This document shows positions 29,975-38,806 of a stretch of DNA of 64,000 nucleotides, one piece after another. The translations under genes were made by a program, and so were the position numbers. Source of the stretch: Myxococcota bacterium. Its GTDB lineage: Bacteria > Myxococcota_A > Bradymonadia > UBA4248. The notes below the pieces were generated by a model, which saw only the letters and a program-made list of their open reading frames with translations, was not told the origin of the DNA and searched no databases. The stretch is from contig JAZUKH010000280.1 of assembly GCA_045643185.1 (NCBI GenBank), forward strand, positions 1,448-65,447. Direction: 5' to 3'. The first letter of the stretch is position 1. Every line of letters begins with the position of its first letter.

Positions 29975-30955
29975 TTAAGCGATATCGGGTGACTCGACGC
30001 GGAAGAGCTGTTGTCCAAGGAAGATGAGGTCGCCGTGATAGAGGCTGCAACGGCCATTTATTTTCATCCAAGTTCCGTTAGAGGAATTCATGTCGAGGAG
30101 GTAATAATTTCCGTCTTCGCGCGGGAAGATCTGAGCATGTCTTCCGCTCATGAAGCGGTCTTTATTGAAGATGATATCGCCCTGTTCACGTCCGAAGTTA
30201 GCGCCTTCGGGTGAGAGGCAATAAACATTCTGAGTAATATTGCCGATACCGATCTGTACGAGTTTGAAATCGCCGTTTGTCGGGGGTGATCCCATATATC
30301 GGGTACCATCGGAGGAACGAGCTTTTGAAGAAACGACCTGTTCGAAGCGTTCGAAGCGGAGCAACTGTCGTCCAGCCAAAAAGACATCACCGGGGTGCAA
30401 CATGACCTCACCGCGCACGCGGATGTATGAGCCATTGAGGCTATCGAGGTCTTCGATATAAAGGCTTCGGTCTTTAACGATGAGTCTTGCCTGACGGGGC
30501 GAGAGGTAGGCATCGGTCGGGAAGCGGGAGTCGCCGGAGCGGCCAATGATGGTCTCGTTGTATTTCAGGGGGATACGCGCGCCATCGGTAGAATCTTCGT
30601 TGATCTGAATGAGGGAGATATCGAGATCGATCGGCTGAACGTCGATCTCCTCGAATTCGTGTTTATCGCCAGCATTACCGAGGTAAGCGGCGCAATAACC
30701 GCAATACTTATTGGAGCGGGGGCAAACGGCACCACAGCTTCGACAATGGACTTCATTTTCGCCGACGGGGGCGGAATAAAAGATGTCGGAGAGGGAAGAA
30801 TCGCCGTAGGCATCGTGACCAACGCTCGAAGAGTTTTTACGACGTTTTGCGGAACCGCCACTGGAAGCTTTGTCGTCTTCTTTCGCAAGGACTTTGAGCA
30901 GGACCTCGGTAAGACGCTCATCGATGTGGCCGGCATTAGAACCATTAACAGTCAT
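29975..30955 (-). CDS. zinc-ribbon plus tandem FHA-domain protein
   Basis: 'HCRSCGAVCPRSNKYCGYCAAYL' zinc ribbon. Two FHA cores ('IIGRSGDSRF...LDSLNGSYIRV' and 'FGREQGDIIF...MNSSNGTWMKI'). Confidence 0.8.
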   Translation of the reverse strand: MTVNGSNAGHIDERLTEVLLKVLAKEDDKASSGGSAKRRKNSSSVGHDAYGDSSLSDIFYSAPVGENEVHCRSCGAVCPRSNKYCGYCAAYLGNAGDKHEFEEIDVQPIDLDISLIQINEDSTDGARIPLKYNETIIGRSGDSRFPTDAYLSPRQARLIVKDRSLYIEDLDSLNGSYIRVRGEVMLHPGDVFLAGRQLLRFERFEQVVSSKARSSDGTRYMGSPPTNGDFKLVQIGIGNITQNVYCLSPEGANFGREQGDIIFNKDRFMSGRHAQIFPREDGNYYLLDMNSSNGTWMKINGRCSLYHGDLIFLGQQLFRVESPDIA

Positions 30956-31246
30956 TGAGAACCCCTGTATGAAACAGCGTCTGAAGGACGTGTTGTAAGG
31001 CGTAAGGACATAACATGGTATGAAAAAAGGCCCGCGATGCCGTAAGCCATCACGTTAAACGACCCTGCAAAGCAGGTGGGCCTCGGTATAGAGTCGGAAA
31101 GTATCCTGGACTAGCAGGCGCGCTCGCCGGATCTCTAGGGGATGAGTCCCAATGATTAACGCACAAGGGGTTTAGCATAAATCGGCGTTTCGCGAACACC
31201 GCAGGCTTTACGCGTTTATAACACGAACGAGCTCAATGGGGATAAA

Positions 31247-31280
31247 AAAAAAGCCTTCTGTGACCAGAAGGCTTTTATTT
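31247..31280. terminator. rho-independent terminator 3' of rplS
   Basis: AAAAAAAAAGCCTTCTGGTCACAGAAGGCTTTTATTTTT hairpin directly after the L19 stop. Confidence 0.6.
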
Positions 31281-31308
31281 TTCGCAAAGCTTTTAAGCAG
31301 CCGGACGA

Positions 31309-31698
31309 TTAATCCTGAACTTCACCGGTCGTGGGGACCATGGCTTTACGCGTGCGGACGGATTTGATACGGGCAGCTTTACCACGGAGGTCACGGAGGT
31401 AATAAAGTTTCGCGCGACGAACGTTACCGAGGATGGAAACTTCGATCTTAGCGATTTTCGGTGAGTGGATGGGGAACGTACGTTCAACACCGCAGCCGTA
31501 GGAAATTTTACGGACGGTGAAGGTTTCGCGGCAGCTGGAACCGGAGCGACGGATCACGACGCCTTCGAAGATCTGGATACGTTCTTTATCACCATCCTTG
31601 ATGGAGCAGTGAACGCGAACCGTGTCGCCGGGGCGGAAATCAGGAATGTCGTTACGGAGCTGTTTTTTCTCGATAGCAGCGATAATTGGGCAAGTCAT
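31309..31698 (-). CDS. rplS: 50S ribosomal protein L19
   Basis: '[10 protein letters not shown]...[11 protein letters not shown]...[22 protein letters not shown]...[19 protein letters not shown]'. The true start is the internal Met ([12 protein letters not shown]). The longer track ORF 31309..31971 is an N-terminal over-extension. Confidence 0.9.
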   Translation of the reverse strand: MTCPIIAAIEKKQLRNDIPDFRPGDTVRVHCSIKDGDKERIQIFEGVVIRRSGSSCRETFTVRKISYGCGVERTFPIHSPKIAKIEVSILGNVRRAKLYYLRDLRGKAARIKSVRTRKAMVPTTGEVQD

Positions 31699-31795
31699 GT
31701 TTTTAAATCTCCTAAATTTGGAATCATGCGTTAATGACACGCGGCGCGATAGTATGCCCGAGCCGATGTCAAAAGTCAAACCATTTGCGGCCCCA

Positions 31796-32596
31796 TCACA
31801 GCGATTTTGAGGGGTCATCATCCGCCTGCCCAGCGGATGATTTACGTCGGCGTCGTTTCGGCTTCGGCTGGGCGAGTCCGACAAGAATCTTGTCTTCTTC
31901 GGAGAGCGAGTCAGATAGACGCTCGTAGATCTCGGGACGGCGTTCTTTCGTTCTAAGAATGGACGCTGCACGACGCCATTTCGCTATAGCTTCGTGGTTA
32001 CCTCCCAAAAGAATATCGGGAACACAAGCGCCTCTAAAGTCAGTGGGGCGCGTATATTGAGGATATTCAAGCCAGCCATCGGAGAAGCTTTCCTCAACAG
32101 AAGAATCATCATTTCCGAGAACACCAGGCCATAATCTGGCGATGGCATCTGCCATGACCGAAGCGGCTAGCTCACCTCCGGTCAGAACGTAGTCACCAAT
32201 AGAAAGTTCCTCGTCGACGTAGGCGCGAACGCGCTCATCAACACCTTCATAATGACCACACACGAAAGCAACAGACTGATGCTCCGAACTGATCCGCCGC
32301 GCGACTTTCTGATCAAACGGCTTTCCCTGCGGGCTCGTAAGCACGACATGAATGCCGGGATGATCTTTGCGAACTTGTTCGATCGCATCGACAATGGGAC
32401 CGGGTTGCATCACAAGACCGGCGCCACCACCATACGGCGCATCATCAACGCGATGGTGCTTGTCTGTACTAAAATCGCGAATCTGGGTAAACGAATAACT
32501 GAGCGTGCCAGCGGCTACCGCTCGACCAAGGATCGAGCTGCTCATCGCCGTCTCAAAGTACGCCGGAAAGAGCGATACAAAACAAAGATGACTCAT
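31796..32596 (-). CDS. trmD: tRNA (guanine37-N1)-methyltransferase
   Basis: 'ILGRAV..G......[26 protein letters not shown]' is the TrmD signature. Operon position between rimM and rplS. Confidence 0.9.
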   Translation of the reverse strand: MSHLCFVSLFPAYFETAMSSSILGRAVAAGTLSYSFTQIRDFSTDKHHRVDDAPYGGGAGLVMQPGPIVDAIEQVRKDHPGIHVVLTSPQGKPFDQKVARRISSEHQSVAFVCGHYEGVDERVRAYVDEELSIGDYVLTGGELAASVMADAIARLWPGVLGNDDSSVEESFSDGWLEYPQYTRPTDFRGACVPDILLGGNHEAIAKWRRAASILRTKERRPEIYERLSDSLSEEDKILVGLAQPKPKRRRRKSSAGQADDDPSKSL

Positions 32597-32599
32597 GAT

Positions 32600-33133
32600 C
32601 TACGCCTCGTCGTCATTATAGACAGCGTCGATCTGGGCCATCCATTCTCCATCGACTTCGATCGTACCTTTCTCGGTATCGACATTACCCACATATTGAG
32701 CGACGAAGGGAACCATGCCACTGCCTTTGCCGGACGTGCGCGAATAGCATAGCAATTCGTGGGCACCACTCGGCATCACGCTTTTCACTTTTCCCCAATC
32801 ATGACCAGACGAATCCACCAAGTTAAGACCGATCAAATCGCAGACGTAAAACTCGTCTTTCAGCGGTTTGAGAGCTGAACGGTCGATATAAACTTCCAGA
32901 CCAGTCAGGCCAAAAGCTTTGTCGCGGTCATCAATGCCTTCCAGCGTCAGCGCATAGAAATGCGTGCATTTCTGGCAACGGAGCACCTTATATGGCTTCT
33001 GTTCGGAACCAAGGTAGACCGTTTTCACGTGCGCAAGCGTCGTGCTATCCTCATCTTTCGGAAATACACGAACTGCTCCGAGAATGCCATGTGCGCGGCC
33101 GGCTTCGCCGACCAGTATTCGCGATTCAGACAT
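32600..33133 (-). CDS. rimM: 16S rRNA processing protein RimM
   Basis: 'ILVGEAGRAHGILGAVRVFP' is the RimM N-terminal signature; conserved operon position. Confidence 0.85.
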   Translation of the reverse strand: MSESRILVGEAGRAHGILGAVRVFPKDEDSTTLAHVKTVYLGSEQKPYKVLRCQKCTHFYALTLEGIDDRDKAFGLTGLEVYIDRSALKPLKDEFYVCDLIGLNLVDSSGHDWGKVKSVMPSGAHELLCYSRTSGKGSGMVPFVAQYVGNVDTEKGTIEVDGEWMAQIDAVYNDDEA

Positions 33134-33205
33134 CGTCGTCTCTCAAAAAAAAGCACCATGATCATACGAAACATGGTGCAAATATACGATATAAAACTCG
33201 GGCGC

Positions 33206-33442
33206 TTATTCGACAACATCAAGCGTTACACGATATGGCAACGCCTGTTTTCTCGCCGCCGCATTCAAAATCGTACGAATCGATTCCGCCGTGCGGCCCT
33301 GTTTGCCGATAATCTTACCCATGTCGCCAGCAGAAACACGAAGCTCCAGAACGAGCGTATCGCCCTTCATCACCTCGGTCACATTCACGCCATCGGGGTC
33401 ATCAACAAGGGTCTTAGCTATACATTCAACGAGTTCTTTCAT
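33206..33442 (-). CDS. KH-domain RNA-binding protein (YlqC/UPF0109 family)
   Basis: '[22 protein letters not shown]' is a KH GxxG loop. Canonical position between rpsP and rimM. Start taken at [10 protein letters not shown] (the track ORF is extended to 33544). Confidence 0.75.
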   Translation of the reverse strand: MKELVECIAKTLVDDPDGVNVTEVMKGDTLVLELRVSAGDMGKIIGKQGRTAESIRTILNAAARKQALPYRVTLDVVE

Positions 33443-33471
33443 GTCCTTACTCCACGACCAGTTCAAATCGA

Positions 33472-33717
33472 TTACTTGGCTGCTTTCGCCTGGGCGATAA
33501 GCGTGCGAACCGTGTCGGAAATCGAAGCACCCTGGGCGATCCACGCATCAACACGTTCCATGTTGAAGTTGATCTTGTGGGGGTTGCTCACGGAATCATA
33601 CGTTCCGAGCTGTTCAATGTAGCGGCCGTCACGAACATTGCGGCTGTCCGTGGCAACGAGTTTGTAAAACGGATGGTGCGTCGCACCGTGTCTCTGAAGT
33701 CGAAGACTTACTGCCAT
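33472..33717 (-). CDS. rpsP: 30S ribosomal protein S16
   Basis: '[41 protein letters not shown]' is the S16 signature. Confidence 0.95.
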   Translation of the reverse strand: MAVSLRLQRHGATHHPFYKLVATDSRNVRDGRYIEQLGTYDSVSNPHKINFNMERVDAWIAQGASISDTVRTLIAQAKAAK

Positions 33718-34059
33718 CTTTCCTCCAATATACCTTATTGAGTATCTGCTTTGCAGCTTTGACTAAAAACGCTGTTCTTCCATACCTCCGGAAGTCCAGA
33801 CAAAAACGCACGCGCTTTTACGCTCCACCACGCCCATTGTCAACCCATTTTTGCCAATCAACAACTTGTAACACTATTACATTAAATATGTGCGTCTGTG
33901 TTTGACAAATCCAATCAAGACGAATAATTTTAATGGCCTTTTTTCGATATGCCTACATGTCGGAAAGTCGGGCTTCAAAACCATACTCAATCTTTTCATC
34001 CCGCAAATCGGAACAACCCAATGATACCGATTCGCATAAAATAAAGGATCGTTCGCTTC

Positions 34060-35304
34060 ATGACTTCCAAAGTAATTCGCTGCTCATTCTGTGGCAAAGA
34101 AAAAAAAGATGTTCAGAAATTGATCTATCGCAAAGACTCCCCTGATCAGGGCGTCTGCATCTGCGACGCATGCATCACACTCTGCCGGGAAATTATGGCC
34201 GAAGAACCCCGCCCCGCAGGTGATACCGCCATGCCAACCTCCGCAGATATGCTCCCAACCAAAATCAAAGCCTACCTCGACGAAAATATCGTCGGACAGG
34301 ACCGCGCAAAGATCGCCATGAGCGTCGCGATCTACAACCACTACAAACGTATCGAGAACAAGTCTGACGAAAAAGACGACGTCACACTCTCAAAAGGCAA
34401 TATCCTGATGATCGGACCGACCGGGTGCGGAAAAACTCTCATCGCGCAGACCATCGCAAAACTCCTCAATGTCCCCTTCGCCGTCGCAGATGCTACGACA
34501 CTCACCGAAGCCGGTTACGTCGGCGAAGACGTCGAAAATATCATCAAAAATCTCTGGCTCGCCGCAAACAAAAATATCGAACAAACCGAACGCGGTATCG
34601 TCTGCATCGACGAAATCGATAAGATCGCTACGCGCGGCGCCGGCGGACGCGATGTCGGCGGCGAAGGCGTACAACAGGCCCTCCTCAAAATGATCGAAGC
34701 CGGAACGGTCACCTTCTCACCCGACGCTTCCAAAAATCGACCTGGCATGCAGGATCTCATCCGCGTCAACACCACAAACATCCTCTTCATCTTCACCGGC
34801 GCCTTCACAAAACTCGCCAATATCATCGAAAAACGCGTCGGCGATACCTCCATGGGCTTCACCGCCGTCGCAACAAAAAAAGAATTACAAAACGAGTCCA
34901 AACTCCTCGAACAGGCAACCACACAGGATGTCATCAAATACGGACTCATCCCCGAATTCATGGGCCGTATCCCCATCATCGTCACCCTCGATGAACTCAC
35001 CGAAGACATGCTCCTCGACATCGTCTCAAAACCAAAAAATAGCATCCTTCGTCAGTATGTGCGACTCTTCCAGTTCGAACACGTCCGACTCAACGTCACC
35101 CATGAAGGACAACTCGCCATCGTCCGCGAAGCCATCCGCCGAAAAAGCGGCGCCCGCGGCCTCCGATCCATCTTCGAAGAAGTTATGCTCGACATCATGT
35201 ACGAAATTCCGTCCATGAAAAATCTCGCCGAAGTCATCATCGACGAAGACGTCGTCCTCAAAAAGAAAGAGCCCATCCTCCGCTTCACCGAAGAAGCTTC
35301 CTAG
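34060..35304 (+). CDS. clpX: ATP-dependent Clp protease ATP-binding subunit ClpX
   Basis: N-terminal zinc finger 'CSFCGK...CICDAC', Walker A 'GPTGCGKTLIAQ', 'EAGYVGEDVENII'. Confidence 0.95.
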   Translation: MTSKVIRCSFCGKEKKDVQKLIYRKDSPDQGVCICDACITLCREIMAEEPRPAGDTAMPTSADMLPTKIKAYLDENIVGQDRAKIAMSVAIYNHYKRIENKSDEKDDVTLSKGNILMIGPTGCGKTLIAQTIAKLLNVPFAVADATTLTEAGYVGEDVENIIKNLWLAANKNIEQTERGIVCIDEIDKIATRGAGGRDVGGEGVQQALLKMIEAGTVTFSPDASKNRPGMQDLIRVNTTNILFIFTGAFTKLANIIEKRVGDTSMGFTAVATKKELQNESKLLEQATTQDVIKYGLIPEFMGRIPIIVTLDELTEDMLLDIVSKPKNSILRQYVRLFQFEHVRLNVTHEGQLAIVREAIRRKSGARGLRSIFEEVMLDIMYEIPSMKNLAEVIIDEDVVLKKKEPILRFTEEAS

Positions 35305-35336
35305 TCTTCCATCAGCCTTTTTTTGGGATATGGCAG

Positions 35337-35443
35337 GGGAAAGCCTTCCCCTACGCGGCTATTTTTCACACAAAGGTGCGCAGCTCGCTACGCACCTTTG
35401 TGAAAAAATACGCCGCTACCCCTTCTCGCCTGCGGCGCGCCCC
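35337..35443. repeat. MITE/REP-like intergenic element, copy B
   Basis: GGGGAAAGCCTTCCCCTACGCGGCTAT ... internal palindrome TTTTCACACAAAGGTGCGCAGC/GCTACGCACCTTTGTGAAAAA ... ATACGCCGCTACCCCTTCTCGCCTGCGGCGCGCCC. Confidence 0.65.
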
Positions 35444-35502
35444 CAGCTTGTACGCTTTTCACCACGCCACCCATCACAGATTTATTTGGAGATCTCCAAT
35501 CT

Positions 35503-36429
35503 ATGTCCGACAAAGTTTTTCACTCCGGATTTATTGCGCTCGTGGGTCGCACGAATGCCGGTAAATCCACGCTCGTCAACGCATTGACGGGCGAGCGCGT
35601 CAGCATCACAAGTTCAAAAGCTCAGACGACGCGAAATAAGATCCGTGGCATCGTCAACCGTGACGACGCCCAATTCGTTTTTATCGACACACCAGGTCTG
35701 CACGACTGGCTCAAACGCACACTCAACCAGGTCATGATCCAACAGGCTCTGTCCAGCCTCGGCGACGCCGACACCGTGTTGATGCTCATCGACGCTAACC
35801 ACGCTCTGCAAAAAAATGGCGAGATCGAAGAAATCGAAGCCGGGCTCATTGACGCCCTCAAAAAAGTCAATAAACCCGCTGTCCTCGCCATCAACAAGCT
35901 CGACATGCTCTCTGACCCGGCTAAAGTGCTTCCCATCATCGCCAAATATAGCCAGGCCTATCCGTTCACCGATATCGTCGCTGTCAGTGCCAAAAAACAT
36001 CGTGAACTCGAAACCCTGCTCGACTGCGTCGTCAAAAATCTGCCCGAACAAGAAGCCCTCTATCCAGAAGAACTCTATACCGACCAGTCAGAACGCTTTT
36101 TGGCCGCCGAAACGATTCGAGAAGTCATCTACTATCAGATGAGTAAAGAGCTTCCCTACTCCGCCGTCGTTGAGATCGACGACTTCAAATCGATGCGTGA
36201 TCGCAACCGCATTGAGATCAAAGCTACCATCTACGTCGAACGCGAAAGCCAAAAAGCCATTTTCGTCGGTAAAGCAGGCGCCCAGATCAAATCGCTCGGT
36301 ATCGCTGCTCGCGAAAAACTCGCCAAAGTCCTCGACGCCAACATTCAGCTCGAACTCGTCGTCAAAGTCAAAGCTGAGTGGAGCGAAAACATGAAAGACC
36401 TCCGCGAATTCGGTCTGGCAGACAAGTAA
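35503..36429 (+). CDS. era: GTPase Era
   Basis: 'GFIALVGRTNAGKSTLVNAL' G1 motif, 'DTPG' G3 motif, C-terminal KH region. Confidence 0.9.
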   Translation: MSDKVFHSGFIALVGRTNAGKSTLVNALTGERVSITSSKAQTTRNKIRGIVNRDDAQFVFIDTPGLHDWLKRTLNQVMIQQALSSLGDADTVLMLIDANHALQKNGEIEEIEAGLIDALKKVNKPAVLAINKLDMLSDPAKVLPIIAKYSQAYPFTDIVAVSAKKHRELETLLDCVVKNLPEQEALYPEELYTDQSERFLAAETIREVIYYQMSKELPYSAVVEIDDFKSMRDRNRIEIKATIYVERESQKAIFVGKAGAQIKSLGIAAREKLAKVLDANIQLELVVKVKAEWSENMKDLREFGLADK

Positions 36430-36441
36430 GGAGAGACACCT

Positions 36442-38208
36442 ATGTCAAAACGTCAACGCCTTCCCATCGTCGCACTCGTCGGCCGACCAAATGTCGGCAA
36501 ATCGAGACTGTTCAACCGCTTCGTGGGTTCGCGCAAAGCCCTCGTCGAAAACACGCCAGGTGTCACGCGCGACCGAAACTACGGCACGGCCAAATGGGAT
36601 CACCACCAGTTCACCGTCATCGATACTGGCGGTTTTGAACCCGATTCCAACGACATTTTGCTCGAACAGATGCGCGTACAAGCCCAGTTGGCCGTCGAAG
36701 AAGCGGATGTCATCGTCTTCGTCGTCGACTCACGCGCCGGACTGCTGCCCGCTGACTGGCAGATCGCCGATATTCTCCGAAAATCCAGCAAACGCGTCAT
36801 TCTCGCCGTCAACAAGATCGATCAGCCAAAACTCATCGACCTCTCATACGAATTTTACGAACTCGCTTTTGAAGAACTCATCGCGATCTCCGCGGAACAC
36901 GGTCTCGGCTTCAGCGAACTCGCCGACGCCGTCACGCGCGATTTCCCGACCGTCGACGATGACAGCAACAAACATCATAGATTCGAACTCGATAACGACT
37001 TCGGCGAATTCACCGAAGAATACGTCGAACAGTTCGGCGAATATCCCAAAGGCTATGAACCGTCTGAAGACGACGAATTCGAAGACGATTACGAAATGGT
37101 CGATGGCGAACGCGTCCAGTTCATTCCGGCAGAAGACGGCGATGAAAGCGAATTCAACGAGGCTGACGAAGAAAGTGACGTTGACGCTGACAACGAAAAT
37201 GACGTTGACGCTGACGACGAAATGACCTTCGTCCAGACCGAAGAAGATTACGAAGACTTCACAGAAGATGAGGAAGAAGACCTCAATCGCGCTCACACGT
37301 TTGAAAGCGAAGACGACGCTGAACTCTACGAAGTGCCCGCAACAGCACGCGACGAAAACTCACTCGAAGAACGTGTGCTGAACGAAACGATCTCGGTCGC
37401 CGTACTTGGCAAGCCCAATACCGGCAAATCCACGCTGATCAACCGCTTGCTCGGCTACAAACGCCTTTTGACGGCCGACATTGCCGGCACCACGCGTGAC
37501 ACGATAGACACCGAGCTCGAAGGCAAAGACGGTCAGCAGTTCCTGCTCATCGACACGGCCGGTATTCGACGCAAATGCACGATCAGCCAGCGTATCGAAA
37601 AATTCTCGATCGTCAAAGCACTCGACGCGGTCGAACGTGCCGATATTGTGCTCATCGTCATCGATGCACGCGTAGGCGCCACGGATCAGGACCTCAAAAT
37701 TGCGCAGATCGCCATCGAAAAAGGCTGTGCCATCGCCGTTTTGCTCAACAAGTGGGACCTCATCGAAGGTAAGACCGATCAGACGGCAACCGAATACATC
37801 AAAGACGCTAAAGAAAAGTTCTCGTTCATCGAACATGTGCCCGTCTTCACGATCAGTGCCCTAACCGGAACGCGTACGCACAAGATCCTCGACATCGCCA
37901 AGAAGCTCTACATTCAGGCAAGCGTCCGCGTGCCGACGGGTGAATTGAACCGTGTCTTCCGACGTATCTTGGCCGATCACAACCCACCGACGGTCGGCAG
38001 CCGCACGCTCAAGTTCTACTTCGCGCAACAGGTCGCCATCCGTCCACCGACGTTCGTGATCCAGTCAAACGCGCCTGAGATCATTCCAAGCGACTACAAG
38101 CGCTACATCATCAACCAGATCCGTCGCTACTACGGCTTTGCCGGGACGCCTATCCGCATCCTGTTCAAAAAACCAGCTGGTCGCCGCAAATGGACGGATA
38201 AAAAGTAA
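36442..38208 (+). CDS. der: GTPase Der (EngA) with an about 150-aa acidic insertion between the two GTPase domains
   Basis: Two G-domains ('VGRPNVGKSRLFN', 'LGKPNTGKSTLIN'). Inter-domain linker rich in D/E ('DDEFEDDYEMVDGERVQFIPAEDGDESEF...'). Confidence 0.9.
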   Translation: MSKRQRLPIVALVGRPNVGKSRLFNRFVGSRKALVENTPGVTRDRNYGTAKWDHHQFTVIDTGGFEPDSNDILLEQMRVQAQLAVEEADVIVFVVDSRAGLLPADWQIADILRKSSKRVILAVNKIDQPKLIDLSYEFYELAFEELIAISAEHGLGFSELADAVTRDFPTVDDDSNKHHRFELDNDFGEFTEEYVEQFGEYPKGYEPSEDDEFEDDYEMVDGERVQFIPAEDGDESEFNEADEESDVDADNENDVDADDEMTFVQTEEDYEDFTEDEEEDLNRAHTFESEDDAELYEVPATARDENSLEERVLNETISVAVLGKPNTGKSTLINRLLGYKRLLTADIAGTTRDTIDTELEGKDGQQFLLIDTAGIRRKCTISQRIEKFSIVKALDAVERADIVLIVIDARVGATDQDLKIAQIAIEKGCAIAVLLNKWDLIEGKTDQTATEYIKDAKEKFSFIEHVPVFTISALTGTRTHKILDIAKKLYIQASVRVPTGELNRVFRRILADHNPPTVGSRTLKFYFAQQVAIRPPTFVIQSNAPEIIPSDYKRYIINQIRRYYGFAGTPIRILFKKPAGRRKWTDKK

Positions 38209-38299
38209 AACCGCTCATAACGGTGTTGGTCTTCACGCCTAGCTGAACTTCGCCATTTGACAAAAACTGAGCTGAAGACAAACACCAAAAACCAAAAAA

Positions 38300-38332
38300 G
38301 ACGCGTCGATCGACGCGGCTTTTTGAGTTTTT
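38300..38332. terminator. bidirectional terminator between der and dfx
   Basis: AAAAAAGACGCGTCGATCGACGCGGCTTTTTGAGTTTTT. Confidence 0.6.
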
Positions 38333-38346
38333 AGAGCATTACGCGG

Positions 38347-38736
38347 TTAAAGCGCAGTCTTCCAAAGGCCATGCAGGTTGCAATAGGCATACACGGCGAT
38401 GGGCATTTCACCATCGGTCATGCAGAAACGCGCTTCAGGCTTGTCACCAGGTTTGAGCGCGATGCGATGACCACCCTTGGACGTTTCGACGAAGATCCAC
38501 TGAATGTAGTGGGCATCGACCATCGGGTGTTCAGCACTGCCAACATTGACAATGAGGCGCATACCGCGTTCATCAGCCTCGACCGTCACCACAGGAAGGT
38601 GCTTTTCAACGCTGGCTTCGACCGTGTTGGCAACAAGTTCAACCATTTTATCGCCGCAACAAACCGGGTTCACGCCAGAATCATTGACCATTCCAATGAG
38701 ATTACCGCAATGTTTACAAACATAAAAACGAGGCAT
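38347..38736 (-). CDS. dfx: desulfoferrodoxin (2Fe superoxide reductase)
   Basis: N-terminal desulforedoxin motif 'CKHCGN...CCGDKM' plus neelaredoxin part 'KHLPVV...HPMVDAHYIQWI...YCNLHGLWK'. Start is at MPRFYV, with a GGGAG RBS 8 nt upstream. Confidence 0.85.
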   Translation of the reverse strand: MPRFYVCKHCGNLIGMVNDSGVNPVCCGDKMVELVANTVEASVEKHLPVVTVEADERGMRLIVNVGSAEHPMVDAHYIQWIFVETSKGGHRIALKPGDKPEARFCMTDGEMPIAVYAYCNLHGLWKTAL

Positions 38737-38806
38737 AAGACAATCTCCCAAGGCTGAGTACGCAACGATCCGCCGACCAGGACGGACGGTTGCGCACGTA
38801 AAAGTA

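Noticed and set aside
30956-31240. Possible ncRNA (tmRNA/RNase P/SRP RNA) in the 5' region of the FHA-protein gene
   Set aside because: No tRNA-like ends, no conserved RNase P P4 or SRP domain-IV motifs recognisable. More likely promoter and 5' UTR.
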